A stretch of 64,000 nucleotides of DNA from a bacterium (GTDB taxonomy: Bacteria > Patescibacteriota > Minisyncoccia > Phycocordibacterales > Phycocordibacteraceae). The notes below the pieces were generated by a model, which saw only the letters and a list, made by a program, of their open reading frames with translations, ran no database searches and was not told where the DNA came from. Positions 9,649 to 21,608 of the stretch are shown here, one piece after another (position 1 is the stretch's first letter; each line of letters begins with the position of its first letter). The stretch is from positions 736,001 to 800,000 of the forward strand of contig JBBCGK010000001.1 of NCBI GenBank assembly GCA_037200965.1. Direction: 5' to 3'. The position numbers and the translations under genes are program-made.

Positions 9649-10854
9649 ATGCTTTTTAACTACCACGCACTCGACAAGGACGGGCACGAACGGGAGGGGA
9701 CCATCGAAGCCCTCTCGATGGATGTCGCGGTTTCCGCGCTCCAGCGCCGGAGCCTTATCGTCTCCTCGATAGCCCCCATAGAGAACAAAGGGATCCTCGG
9801 TGTCGAGATATCTTTTTTCAAGGGCGTCTCGAACAAGGATGTCGTGATTCTCTCGCGGCAGATCGCGACCTTGTTTGAGGCGCAGGTATCGGCGCTCCGC
9901 GTTTTCCGGCTCATCGCTTCCGAGGTCGATAACAAATATCTCGGCGAGGTGCTGACCCAGGTCGCGGACGATCTGCAGGGCGGAAGCCCGATCTCCCGGG
10001 CGCTCGCGCGCCATCCGAAGGTCTTCAGTCTTTTCTACGTGAACATGGTGCGCGCGGGCGAGGAGTCCGGGAAGCTCTCCGACACGTTCGTGTATCTCGC
10101 CGACTACCTCGACCGCAACTACGCCGTCGTCTCGAAGGCGAAGAACGCCCTTATCTATCCGGCGTTCGTCATCGCGACCTTCATCGCGGTGATGTCGCTC
10201 ATGCTCACGCTCGTGATCCCGAAAATCAGCGCCATTCTCGTCGATTCGGGGCAGCCGATCCCTATCTATACGAAGATCGTGATCGGGCTCTCGGACGCGA
10301 TCACGCACTACGGCATCATCCTGCTTCTTATAATCGCGGCCGCCGTATTTTTCGCATACCGCTCGATCCAGACGCCGGAAGGGCGGTTGTTCTTCAACCA
10401 GCTGCTCCTCTCGGTTCCGTATCTCGGCGGGCTCTATAAGAAGCTCTATCTCTCGCGCATCGCGGACAACCTCTCGACCATGCTTCTCTCGGGCGTTCCC
10501 ATCATCGAGGTGGTCGAGATCACGGGCTCGGTCGTCGGAAGCGCCGTGTACGAGGATATCCTCAAGCAAGTTGCGACCGACGTGAAGGGCGGAGCCTCGC
10601 TTTCTGAAGCGCTCGGAAAGCACCCGGAGATCCCGGGCATCATGATCGCCATGATCCGGGTCGGCGAGGAGACGGGCGAGCTCGGCAATATCCTCACGAC
10701 TCTCGCCAAATTCTACGAGCGCGAGGTGACGACCGCGGTCGATACGCTCGTCGATCTCATCGAACCGATCATGATCGTGATGCTCGGCCTTGGCGTCGGA
10801 ACGCTTTTGGCCGCCGTGCTCATCCCGATCTATAATCTCGCGGGCAGCTACTAG
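9649..10854 (+). CDS. pilC: type IV pilus platform protein PilC (GspF family)
   Basis: Two T2SS-F repeats and multi-TM topology. Confidence 0.85.
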   Translation: MLFNYHALDKDGHEREGTIEALSMDVAVSALQRRSLIVSSIAPIENKGILGVEISFFKGVSNKDVVILSRQIATLFEAQVSALRVFRLIASEVDNKYLGEVLTQVADDLQGGSPISRALARHPKVFSLFYVNMVRAGEESGKLSDTFVYLADYLDRNYAVVSKAKNALIYPAFVIATFIAVMSLMLTLVIPKISAILVDSGQPIPIYTKIVIGLSDAITHYGIILLLIIAAAVFFAYRSIQTPEGRLFFNQLLLSVPYLGGLYKKLYLSRIADNLSTMLLSGVPIIEVVEITGSVVGSAVYEDILKQVATDVKGGASLSEALGKHPEIPGIMIAMIRVGEETGELGNILTTLAKFYEREVTTAVDTLVDLIEPIMIVMLGLGVGTLLAAVLIPIYNLAGSY

Positions 10855-10953
10855 GCTTTTTATCCACAGGGTGCTTACTTATTTGCGCCGCGCTCTGTAC
10901 AATGATGGGAACGGCCATTCTTATTACTAAGCCGCATATCCATTTTTATCACC

Positions 10954-11430
10954 ATGACCAATTCCCGTACACTCGCGCTCCGGGGCTTCACCCTCATCGA
11001 GCTTCTCGTCGTGATCGCCATCATCGGCATTCTCTCTGCGGTGGTGCTCGCTTCCCTTAACACCGCGAGAAGCAAGGGGAACGATGCGGCGGTGAAATCG
11101 AACCTGGTGACCGTCCAAACCCAGGCCGAGCTCTTCTACGACAGCAACGGCAGCAAATACAATACGGACGGCTCGACCGGCGTTGCGGTTGCGACCTGTC
11201 CGACAACCGGCGCGACGATGTTCGCCGCGGACCCGACTATAAAGGCGGCAATCGCGGCCGCGACAAGCGCAGGCGGCACGGCGGTCTGCTATATGAAAAC
11301 GGACGGCCAGGCGTATGCGATCCAGGTTCCACTTAAGGCAGTCGCGAACACGTATTGGTGCGTCGACAGCACGGGCCAGGGCAAGCAGGAGGGCGCGGCG
11401 ATGGCAACCGGTGCGACCGCCTGTCTCTAG
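10954..11430 (+). CDS. type IV major pilin (PilA-like), class III signal peptide
   Basis: N-terminal …RG|FTLIELLVVIAIIGIL with E5, four Cys, and a strong terminator immediately downstream. Confidence 0.85.
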   Translation: MTNSRTLALRGFTLIELLVVIAIIGILSAVVLASLNTARSKGNDAAVKSNLVTVQTQAELFYDSNGSKYNTDGSTGVAVATCPTTGATMFAADPTIKAAIAAATSAGGTAVCYMKTDGQAYAIQVPLKAVANTYWCVDSTGQGKQEGAAMATGATACL

Positions 11431-11450
11431 CATTTCTTAAAGAAAAGAGC

Positions 11451-11480
11451 AGCAAACGGCCTCAAGAGAGGCCGTTTGCG
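11451..11480 (+). terminator. hairpin terminator after pilin gene
   Basis: Stem CAAACGGCCUC-aaga-GAGGCCGUUUG directly after the pilin stop. The T-tract is weak. Confidence 0.45.
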
Positions 11481-11496
11481 CGTTATACTTGACTCC

Positions 11497-12267
11497 GTGG
11501 AAGTTCTTCTCCCCATCTTTTTCTTCTGTCTCGGCGCGATCATCGCGAGCTTTATGGGCGTTGTCGTCGAGCGGATCAATACCGGGGGATCGTGGGTCGG
11601 CGGCCGTTCCCGCTGCGATGCGTGCGGGAAAACGCTTCGTGCGTTCGATATCGTTCCGGTTCTTTCGTACGCTGCGGCGCGCGGGCGCTGCCGGATGTGC
11701 GGCACGCGCGTTTCCTGGTACGGAAGCGCATCCGAAATAGTTCTCGGAACGCTGTTCGTTCTCGCATATCTCAAGCTCGGCCTCTCAAACGGACTTCCGG
11801 TCTTCCTGTTCCTTCTTTCGTCCCTGCTCGCGACCGTGCTCTATGACCTCCGTCATATGTTCGTCCCGCGGCCGTTTTTCCTCGCGGTAGCGGGAAGCGC
11901 GCTCGTATTCGCCGTACTGGTTGCGCCTTCAGCCATGATGCTTGGCGCATGGCTTCTTGGCGCGACCGCCATCGGTCTCGCGTTCTTCCTCCTGTTCTTC
12001 CTTTCCGGCGGGCGCGCCATGGGGCTCGGGGACGCACCGATAGCGCTTTCGCTCTCGCTTGCGGCCGGTTCCGCAGCGCTTTCCGGCCTCATCTTTTCCT
12101 TCTGGATCGGCGCGGTTGTCGGCATAGGGCTCTTGGTGCTTGTGCCGCGTACGCGTAGAATGGGGGTCGAGGTGCCTTTCGTCCCGTTTCTCGCCGCCGG
12201 CTTCCTCCTCGCCTACTTCACCACATGGGAACCCTTTTCGATCATCGCGTCGTTGCTCGGTACGTAA
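11497..12267 (+). CDS. pilD: prepilin peptidase PilD (A24 family)
   Basis: CDAC…CRMCG tetracysteine motif and multi-TM topology. A GTG start is chosen downstream of the pilin terminator; an alternative TTG at 11476 exists. Confidence 0.8.
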   Translation: MEVLLPIFFFCLGAIIASFMGVVVERINTGGSWVGGRSRCDACGKTLRAFDIVPVLSYAAARGRCRMCGTRVSWYGSASEIVLGTLFVLAYLKLGLSNGLPVFLFLLSSLLATVLYDLRHMFVPRPFFLAVAGSALVFAVLVAPSAMMLGAWLLGATAIGLAFFLLFFLSGGRAMGLGDAPIALSLSLAAGSAALSGLIFSFWIGAVVGIGLLVLVPRTRRMGVEVPFVPFLAAGFLLAYFTTWEPFSIIASLLGT

Positions 12268-12950
12268 CCGGCATAGCCCGTGCCCGCGGCTTCACGCTGA
12301 TCGAGATGCTCGCGGTGCTCGCGATCATCGTCATCATCACCGCGATCGCGTTTACCGGCCAGAGCATCTTCAACCGGACGCTTACGCTCGCGAACACCGC
12401 TTATAACGTCGCGCTTTCGATACGCCAGGCGGAAAACTACGGCATCGCGAGCCGCACGTTCGGGTCGGTGCGAAACGCGGGGTACGGCGTGCGCTTTGAG
12501 GCGGCGGTCAAAAACGCGTACTATTTCTATGCCGACGTGAATCCGGTCCCGGGCATCTCCGGCAACTGCCACTGCGCGGACACGAATTGCGCCGCGCTCC
12601 CGGACGCGAAGCCCGGGAACTGCGTCTATGACGCGTCGTACGGGACGCCCGTAAGAAGCGAACTCGTGAGCCAGTATACCTTCGGTTCCGGCATCAGCGT
12701 CAAGGACTTCTGCGGCACGGCCGCAAGCGGCGGCGCAACACACTGCGCGGCGGCGGCTCCAAACGACCTCCGGGCGCTCGATATCGTCTTCGTGCGGCCG
12801 AACACGCAGGTGACGCTTACCGCGACCCAGAATAACGGCACCCGCCTGCCGCTCTCGCAGGCAACCGTTTACCTTGGCGCCGGTACCGGGCAGCGCTGCG
12901 TGACCGTGAGCGCGATCGGCCAGGTGTCGGTGCCTCTTGCCTGCCCATGA
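12225..12950 (+). CDS. minor pilin / pseudopilin (prepilin-type N-terminus)
   Basis: …ARG|FTLIEMLAVLAIIVIIT N-terminal motif. It overlaps the 3' end of pilD. Confidence 0.65.
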   Translation: MGTLFDHRVVARYVTGIARARGFTLIEMLAVLAIIVIITAIAFTGQSIFNRTLTLANTAYNVALSIRQAENYGIASRTFGSVRNAGYGVRFEAAVKNAYYFYADVNPVPGISGNCHCADTNCAALPDAKPGNCVYDASYGTPVRSELVSQYTFGSGISVKDFCGTAASGGATHCAAAAPNDLRALDIVFVRPNTQVTLTATQNNGTRLPLSQATVYLGAGTGQRCVTVSAIGQVSVPLACP

Positions 12951-13471
12951 TGACTTCCCGCACCCGGGGCTACACGCTCCTTGAAATGATCGTCGCCGTC
13001 GCGATTTTCGCGGTGGTGATGCTTCTTGCAAGCGGCGCGTACTACACCCTTATCGCGCTCGCGCGCGACGCGCGCGCGACCACGAACGCCGTCAACACGC
13101 TCTATTTCGCGGTCGAGGACATGACCCGCTCGATACGCACGGGCACCCAGTACTGCACGACGGGCTGCTTTCCCTCCTCCTTTTCTTTCGTCGACGACGA
13201 GAACCGGACCGTCACGTACAGCAAGAACGGGACGACCTTGTACCGGAGCGTCGCGGGAGCGGGCGGGACGGCGCTCACCGGCGTACTTACCGATCCCAAC
13301 GTGACGATTACCAAACTCGATTTCAGCCTTGCGAACCTGGGCGCGTTCCCGCAGCCGAGAGTCCGCATCATCATCCAGGGATCGGTCGAGACGGGTCCGG
13401 GAAAGACGCAGTCCTTTTCGCTTGAGACAAGCGCGACCCAGCGCACGCTTGAGGCCGGCAGCGGACTATAG
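12947..13471 (+). CDS. minor pilin / pseudopilin
   Basis: RG|YTLLEMIVAVAIFAVV prepilin motif and ATGA coupling. Confidence 0.65.
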   Translation: MMTSRTRGYTLLEMIVAVAIFAVVMLLASGAYYTLIALARDARATTNAVNTLYFAVEDMTRSIRTGTQYCTTGCFPSSFSFVDDENRTVTYSKNGTTLYRSVAGAGGTALTGVLTDPNVTITKLDFSLANLGAFPQPRVRIIIQGSVETGPGKTQSFSLETSATQRTLEAGSGL

Positions 13472-13473
13472 CC

Positions 13474-13964
13474 ATGAAAGCCTTCACGCTCGTCGAAACC
13501 CTGGTCGCCGTCACCATTCTCACGATCGCCATCGTGGGCCCGTACTCGTCCGCCCAGCATTCGCTCATCGCCGCGCTTGCCGCGCGGGATCAACTGACGG
13601 GCTCGACGCTCGCGGAAGAGGGGGTCGAATACGTGCGCAGCGTCCGCGACAGCAACTATTTCCTCGGCGAGCCGTGGCTTGAAAACCTCGACGCCTGCAC
13701 GCCGGGGCCCTGCGTGATCGATCCCACCGACAACACGGAAAGCGGGGTCATAAAGCCTTTGACACTTGACGCGAACGGCGTCTACAGCCAGCGTGCGGTC
13801 TCGGCGGCGAACAAGGCGACGATCTTCACGCGGACCGTGAGCCTTACGCCGATACCCGACGACGCCGAGAATCCGACGGAGGTGCTCGTCACGGTTACGG
13901 TAAGCTGGAAGGAGCACGGCACGCCCTTTAGTGCGAAGATATTCGCGCACCTCACGAACTGGCA

Positions 13965-13968
<4 letters not shown>
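13474..13968 (+). CDS. minor pilin / pseudopilin (PilV/GspI-like)
   Basis: MKAFTLVETLVAVTILTIAI prepilin-like N-terminus. Confidence 0.6.
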
Positions 13969-16500
<2,532 letters not shown>

Positions 16501-16576
16501 TACTGTTTTGACGAACCTTTCCCGAAAGGGCATACTGCCTGCGGGTTGAATATCGGCGCAACAGAGGGAGTTACCG

Positions 16577-17089
16577 ATGAATATCGCTACCATCATCCGC
16601 GTTAGCGGGGTCGTGCTTCCGGATGTCGTCGACCTGATCGGTCGCGGCACGGATTTCTGGAAAGGACCGCTCGATGGCGACGGCCGCGACGGGGACTACG
16701 TCCGCGACCTGATCGCGTGCGACCTCGCCGAGATCGATACGCTTAAGCTTACCCATGACACGTTCTTGGTCGCCCGCGAAACGGCGATGACGGGTCTCGA
16801 GCGCTTGCAGCGTCTCGAAGCGCTCCGGCACAAGGGCTGGTTCATTCCCGGCGCGGCGCTCGCTCTCGCGTTCAAAGAGCGCCCATCGCTGTATCCGTCG
16901 CTCTGGAAAGAACCCGTGCACGGATCCGCGCTGGTCATTTCCTTCGACGGGCAGGTGTTCCGGAGCGTCACGGGCAAGCCTTGCACGATCCATTCGCACT
17001 GGGACGGAAGGCGCGTCAATCTCCATTATTCCTCCCTTCTCGCGGAACGCGGCAGGCGCAATCCTTCCGCGCTTCTCAAGGCCTCGTGA
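16577..17089 (+). CDS. hypothetical protein
   Basis: Coding-like ORF that is better supported than the antisense alternatives. No family recognised. Confidence 0.4.
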   Translation: MNIATIIRVSGVVLPDVVDLIGRGTDFWKGPLDGDGRDGDYVRDLIACDLAEIDTLKLTHDTFLVARETAMTGLERLQRLEALRHKGWFIPGAALALAFKERPSLYPSLWKEPVHGSALVISFDGQVFRSVTGKPCTIHSHWDGRRVNLHYSSLLAERGRRNPSALLKAS

Positions 17090-17176
17090 TCCCGAAACAT
17101 CGTTATGGGCCTCGTACCGGCAGCGGTGCGGGGCTCATAATCTTTACCCGCACCGGACACGTGATAGAGTGGCGCT

Positions 17177-17470
17177 ATGGCGACGAAGGAAGACGTGCAA
17201 AAGCTCGCAAGCCTTGCCCGCATCAGGGTGGTCGAGGAGGAACTTCAGAAATTCACCGAAGAATTCGACTCCATTCTCGCGTACGTGGGGAAGCTCGAGG
17301 AGCTTGCGATCGATACGAAAGGGGCGCAGGGGCTTCCGGCGCTCCGGAACGTATTTCGCGAAGACGGCGAACCGCACGAGTCCGGGGCGTACACCGGAAA
17401 GCTTGTCGAGGCATTTCCCGGGAAGGAGGGCAATCTGCTTTCCGTAAAGCAGATCATCACGCATGACTAA
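17177..17470 (+). CDS. gatC: Asp/Glu-tRNA amidotransferase subunit C
   Basis: 97 aa with a LARIRV…EEL…ILAYV motif. It overlaps gatA by 8 nt. Confidence 0.8.
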   Translation: MATKEDVQKLASLARIRVVEEELQKFTEEFDSILAYVGKLEELAIDTKGAQGLPALRNVFREDGEPHESGAYTGKLVEAFPGKEGNLLSVKQIITHD

Positions 17471-18884
17471 GCCGAACGAACTTTCGATAACGGAAGCCGC
17501 GCGCGCTTTGCGCGCCGGGGAATTCTCCGTGCGCGAACTCTGGGATGCGTGCGCCTTAGCCGCGCGCGAAAGGAACCCGGAGCTCAATGCCTATCTCGAA
17601 TTGTTTGAAGCGGACGAGGAAGCGATAGCGTCCGCGCAAAAGCGCATCGACGAAGAAGGGGATGGGGCGCCCATGCTCTGCGGCATTCCGCTTGCGATCA
17701 AAGACAACATCATGATCGAGGGCAGGGTCGCGAGCGCCGCCTCGAAGATGCTTGAGAATCACCGGGCGGCGTATGACGCGACTGTTATCAAAAAGCTTAA
17801 GGAGGCGGGCGCGCTCTTCGTCGGCCGCACGAACCTCGATGAATTCGCGATGGGAAGCTCGACCGAGAGTTCCGCATTCGGCCCTTCAAGAAATCCCTAT
17901 GACACCTCGAGAGTTCCCGGCGGTTCTTCCGGCGGCTCGGCGAGCGCAGTCGCCGCGCATATGGCGCTCGGCGCGCTTGGGACCGACACTGGCGGATCCA
18001 TCCGGCAACCCGCGGCGCACACGGGCCTTGTCGGCCTCAAGCCGACTTACGGTGCCGTTTCCCGTTCCGGCCTCATCGCGCTCGGCAGCAGCCTCGACCA
18101 GGCCGGGCCTCTTGCGAAAACCGTTGCCGACGCGAAAGCGATCTTTGACGCGATTCGCGGCGCGGATCCGCTTGATGCGACCAGTGTCCCGAACGGACTG
18201 TATGCGCCGCGAGCGCTTAGCCAAACGCTTCGCATCGGCGTGCCGCGCCATCTGCTTGAATCGGGCATCGACGAAGACGTAAAGGCTTCTTTTGAGGCCG
18301 CCCTTGCCGTTCTCCAGAAAGCCGGGCATCAAATCGTCGACGTGTCGCTTCCGACGAGCTCCTATGCGCTTCCCGTGTATTACGTCATCATGCCAGCTGA
18401 GGCGTCGACCAATCTCGCCCGCTACGACGGCATACGGTACGGTCTTGCGAAACGCGGCGAGACGCTGCTTTCGGACTATATCGAAAGCCGGTCAAAAGGG
18501 TTCGGTCCCGAAACGCGCCGCCGCATTCTTCTTGGCACCTTCGTACTTTCTTCCGGTTATATCGACGCGTATTACCGCAAGGCGCATGCGGCACGCACGC
18601 TTCTGACTTCCGAATACGGCGCGGCGTTCGAGGCGTGCGATGTGATCGCGTTTCCGACGACGCCATCCCCGGCATTCAAATTCGGCGAGAAGAGCGATCC
18701 GGTTTCCATGTACCTTGAAGATATCTTTACGGTCACGGCGAACCTTACAGGCATGCCGGCAATTTCCGTCCCTATGGGGACCGTGGAGCGGGATGGAAAG
18801 GCCCTTCCGGTCGGCATCCAGTTCACCGCACCCAAGGGCGGGGAAGACTCCTTGTTTACAATCGGCGCGGCTGTGACCACATAG
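17463..18884 (+). CDS. gatA: Asp/Glu-tRNA amidotransferase subunit A (amidase family)
   Basis: Amidase signature GGSSGGSASAVAA and a length of 473 aa. Confidence 0.9.
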   Translation: MTKPNELSITEAARALRAGEFSVRELWDACALAARERNPELNAYLELFEADEEAIASAQKRIDEEGDGAPMLCGIPLAIKDNIMIEGRVASAASKMLENHRAAYDATVIKKLKEAGALFVGRTNLDEFAMGSSTESSAFGPSRNPYDTSRVPGGSSGGSASAVAAHMALGALGTDTGGSIRQPAAHTGLVGLKPTYGAVSRSGLIALGSSLDQAGPLAKTVADAKAIFDAIRGADPLDATSVPNGLYAPRALSQTLRIGVPRHLLESGIDEDVKASFEAALAVLQKAGHQIVDVSLPTSSYALPVYYVIMPAEASTNLARYDGIRYGLAKRGETLLSDYIESRSKGFGPETRRRILLGTFVLSSGYIDAYYRKAHAARTLLTSEYGAAFEACDVIAFPTTPSPAFKFGEKSDPVSMYLEDIFTVTANLTGMPAISVPMGTVERDGKALPVGIQFTAPKGGEDSLFTIGAAVTT

Positions 18885-18900
18885 CGGTTATACTTAGGGA

Positions 18901-19482
18901 ATGCAAACCACGGGCGACGTCAACTTTCTCAACCTCGAGTGGTGGTTCCGCCTCATCTACGAACTTGCGTTCGGCTCCCATTCCTTCTCGTCCGCCGGTT
19001 TCGGCGCCTTCCTTTCGCGGGTGTGGCTGTGGGTGACGGTCGTCGGCTCGATCGTCGCGGTTCTCTCGCTCGTCGTAATCGCGTATTGCATCATGCGGCT
19101 CTTCGAACTCCGGAAGAAGGAATCCGAAGCGCTCGGGCCCGTTATCCATCTCGCAAAAGATAACGGTGCGAATCCTCGCTGGGTCCATATACAGTCGCTC
19201 ATGGACGGCGCGAATCCGAGCCAGTGGAGAGAAGCGATACTCGAAGCCGACATCCTGCTTGAGGATATGCTTAAGGAGCAGCGCTATACGGGCGCCGGAG
19301 TGGGGGAGATGCTTAAACAGGTTGAGCGCTCGGATTTCAATACGCTCGACGCGGCGTGGGAGGCACACCGGGTCAGAAACGACATCGCGCACCGCGGCTC
19401 TACGATCGAGCTCACCGAACAGCTCGCCCGGCGTACCATCGCCAAGTATGAATCCGTATTCAGGGAGTTCGACATGATTTAG
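18901..19482 (+). CDS. hypothetical membrane protein
   Basis: One TM helix and coding-like composition. Confidence 0.4.
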   Translation: MQTTGDVNFLNLEWWFRLIYELAFGSHSFSSAGFGAFLSRVWLWVTVVGSIVAVLSLVVIAYCIMRLFELRKKESEALGPVIHLAKDNGANPRWVHIQSLMDGANPSQWREAILEADILLEDMLKEQRYTGAGVGEMLKQVERSDFNTLDAAWEAHRVRNDIAHRGSTIELTEQLARRTIAKYESVFREFDMI

Positions 19483-19580
19483 GGCGGCGGGTTGCAAAGC
19501 CCATTTTAGAGGTGTAGTCTTGGTGTATAGCGGAACAGATGAGTAGCTATTCCGTGGGGAAGAAATCAGCGTGTGCCTAC

Positions 19581-19872
19581 TCAAAAAGACAGCGGGGTAG
19601 AGGAGTGGTACCTCGGGAGGCTTGAATTATTCGGGCGTGCGCGCGAGCAATTGCGCGTAAGATCATCTGCCAAATTCGGTGAAACCCTCCTGCGCGAAAG
19701 CACAGACGGCAACGCCGAGCCAAGCCCTAAGAGCAATCGAAGGGAAGGTGTAGAGACTAGACGGTAGACATCCCGCAGGGGATGAAGGCATAGTCCAGAC
19801 CACAAATCATTCGTGCGAGAGCGGCGAAAGCCGTAGTGGTAGGCATAACCTCCAGACTCGGGTTCGAATCCC
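19581..19872 (+). tRNA. split tRNA(CAU) (Met or Ile2) gene. Exon 1 is 19581-19612, exon 2 is 19834-19872. The CCA end is not encoded
   Basis: Exon 1 supplies the acceptor strand AGCGGGG, U8, D-arm GAGG/AGUGGUA/CCUC, anticodon-stem strand GGAGG and loop CU. Exon 2 supplies CAUAA, anticodon-stem strand CCUCC, T-arm UCGGG-UUCGAAU-CCCGA and acceptor strand CCCCGCA + A73. Joining the exons gives a canonical cloverleaf with anticodon loop CU-CAU-AA. Confidence 0.75.
19613..19833 (+). ncRNA. group I self-splicing intron (IC3-like, Azoarcus tRNA-Ile intron-like) in the anticodon loop
   Basis: The intron follows a U and ends with G. It contains CAAAUUCGGUGAAACC, GGCAACGCCGAGCCAAGC and AAGGUGUAGAGACUAGACGG, recalled from memory as near-identical to the Azoarcus group I ribozyme. 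A P2-like hairpin GCGCGAGCAAUUGCGCG is present. Confidence 0.7.
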
Positions 19873-19946
19873 GACCCCGCAACAAGCTTGTGATAGTGGA
19901 ACCCAGACCGGTGCGCCTGCAAAAGCAGTTCAGTATCGGTCCGGAT

Positions 19947-19975
19947 CAAAAACAGAAAAGACGCCCACGGGCGTC
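19947..19975 (+). terminator. rho-independent terminator downstream of intron-tRNA
   Basis: Stem AAAAGACGCCC-acg-GGCGUCUUUU followed by a U-tract. Confidence 0.7.
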
Positions 19976-20054
19976 TTTTCTGTTGGAATATAAATAAAAG
20001 GAGCATATAAACGACAAGGCCCCGATATACATCGGAGCCTCTAGGCGTCGCACT

Positions 20055-20471
20055 TTATGCAGACTTTCGTCTACGATACGCTGGAATATTCAATCCGCCA
20101 TACATCTTGCGGTACTCGGCTGTATCCACTTCGGGATCGCGGTCAAGTCGCTCGTAAATAACGGACGAGAGAAAATACGCCACTACTTTGCGGAGACACT
20201 CCACAGGCGAACTCCAAGTCTTCGCAAACTCAATCATTTCCTGTGGAAGAACCATAAACGCTTCGTCTTGTTCGAGCGCTCCCATGATTTTGCCCAGGGT
20301 TTCCGGGCTCATCTTGGCAACGTCACCTGCGAGCAGGCCAGGAAAAATCTGGTGGAGAAACAAATGGCGCTTGCCAAGCTGATAATCCTCCGGGTAAGGC
20401 TGATCGTAGACTTGGTCGAAGCGATTGCGACGAATCAGGTCGTTGGTGAGGTCTTCAATGTACTTCCTCAT
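20055..20471 (-). CDS. hypothetical protein (low-GC islet)
   Basis: 138-aa ORF in an AT-richer segment between the tRNA and the IS. Confidence 0.4.
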   Translation of the reverse strand: MRKYIEDLTNDLIRRNRFDQVYDQPYPEDYQLGKRHLFLHQIFPGLLAGDVAKMSPETLGKIMGALEQDEAFMVLPQEMIEFAKTWSSPVECLRKVVAYFLSSVIYERLDRDPEVDTAEYRKMYGGLNIPAYRRRKSA

Positions 20472-20640
20472 TTTTATCTCCTTTCAGAGATTTCCCGCGC
20501 CCGAAAATTCGGTTCGCACTAGCCGGAAATCCGGCACAGCGAAGGGAAGCAGAGGGGCTTCCTGGGCGGTCCGACGGGTCATGCCTGTCGATATTTACTA
20601 TATACCATGCCATGACACTATAGTCAATAGCCGATGGTGG

Positions 20641-21482
20641 GGCATTCAGACTCAGTTGGCACAGCTCCCATACCATGGAAGCTATGTACACTCTCAAACA
20701 GATACCGAGCGAAGCGCAGATTCGGAAGTTCTTGCGCCGTACGCTCTTCGGCAAGAACGTGTTCTGTCCTTCGTGCCGGTCACGAAGGATCGAAAAGCAA
20801 CAGGAGCGGTATCGGTGCCGCACGTGCCGCATCCGCTTCTCCCTCACCTCGCACACCTGGCTCTCGAATCTGAAGCTCCCCCTCGAGCAGTGGTGGGTGC
20901 TGCTCTGGTGCTGGACCATACAAGAGCCGGTACGCCAAGCCGTCACGCTCTCTGGCCTTCCGGAACGCACGGTCAGGCGTTGGTATGCCACCTTCAGGCT
21001 CCATTTGCCCCAGGAAACCCATGTGCTCGAACGTATCGTCCAAATGGACGAAGCGTACTTCAAAAACGCCGCGCTCGTCATGGCCAAGCAGAAAGGTACG
21101 AGAAAGCTCGCCTTCGAGGTATTCCACGGCAGGTACCCAACCAAGACTGATGCCGTCTCATTCCTGTTCGAGCATGTGGCGCCGGGAAGCGAGCTCTGGA
21201 CCGATGGCGGGTCGATATACAAGAACATCAGCCAACGCTGGCCGGTGTCGCACCAGCGAGATATTCACTCCAAATTCGAGTTCGAGCACACCTCTGAGAT
21301 CGAGGGAATGTTCGGGGTATACCGCACCTTCGTGCGCAGGATGTATCATCATCACTGGAGCGAGAACTTGGAGGAATACGTGAGGGAATTCTGCTTCAGA
21401 TTTTCCTCGCCGGAAATCTTCAATTCGCCCCGTATTTACTTAACGAAATCACTCACGCTTGTGCCAACTTGTTCTTAATACC
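20641..21482 (+). mobile_element. IS1595-family insertion sequence (~842 bp) with ~25-bp imperfect terminal inverted repeats and 10-bp flanking direct repeat CCGATGGTGG
   Basis: The left end GGCATTCAGACTCAGTTGGCACAG matches the reverse complement of the right end (GGTATTAAGAACAAGTTGGCACAAG). Direct repeats lie at 20631-20640 and 21483-21492. Confidence 0.7.
20675..21478 (+). CDS. IS1595 family transposase (ISXO2-like DDE, N-terminal zinc ribbon)
   Basis: N-terminal CPSC…CRTC zinc ribbon. Length and layout match the ISXO2-like transposase domain. Confidence 0.75.
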   Translation: MEAMYTLKQIPSEAQIRKFLRRTLFGKNVFCPSCRSRRIEKQQERYRCRTCRIRFSLTSHTWLSNLKLPLEQWWVLLWCWTIQEPVRQAVTLSGLPERTVRRWYATFRLHLPQETHVLERIVQMDEAYFKNAALVMAKQKGTRKLAFEVFHGRYPTKTDAVSFLFEHVAPGSELWTDGGSIYKNISQRWPVSHQRDIHSKFEFEHTSEIEGMFGVYRTFVRRMYHHHWSENLEEYVREFCFRFSSPEIFNSPRIYLTKSLTLVPTCS

Positions 21483-21580
21483 CCGATGGTGGTTCCATAC
21501 CGGCCCGTCTCGGTCGTCTGCAAAGAGATCGAAGGTCTTCTGGAAGGCAGGTAGCTTCATATGTTGAACAGTGGGCGGAA

Positions 21581-21608
21581 GAGCGGCACACAGAGTGCCG
21601 CTCTTTTC
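21581..21608 (+). terminator. rho-independent terminator
   Basis: Stem GAGCGGCAC-acaga-GUGCCGCUC followed by UUUU. Confidence 0.55.

Noticed and set aside
8812-10623. 603-aa minus-strand ORF
   Set aside because: It is antisense to pilT/pilC and R-rich, with no recognisable motifs.
19581-19905. tmRNA (ssrA) interpretation of the tRNA-like 3' end with long-range acceptor pairing
   Set aside because: There is no tmRNA D-loop analogue (GGNUUCGACGGG), and no tag ORF ending in a canonical xAA-stop. The two halves instead form a complete ordinary tRNA with D-arm and anticodon stem. The intervening sequence matches group I intron core blocks.
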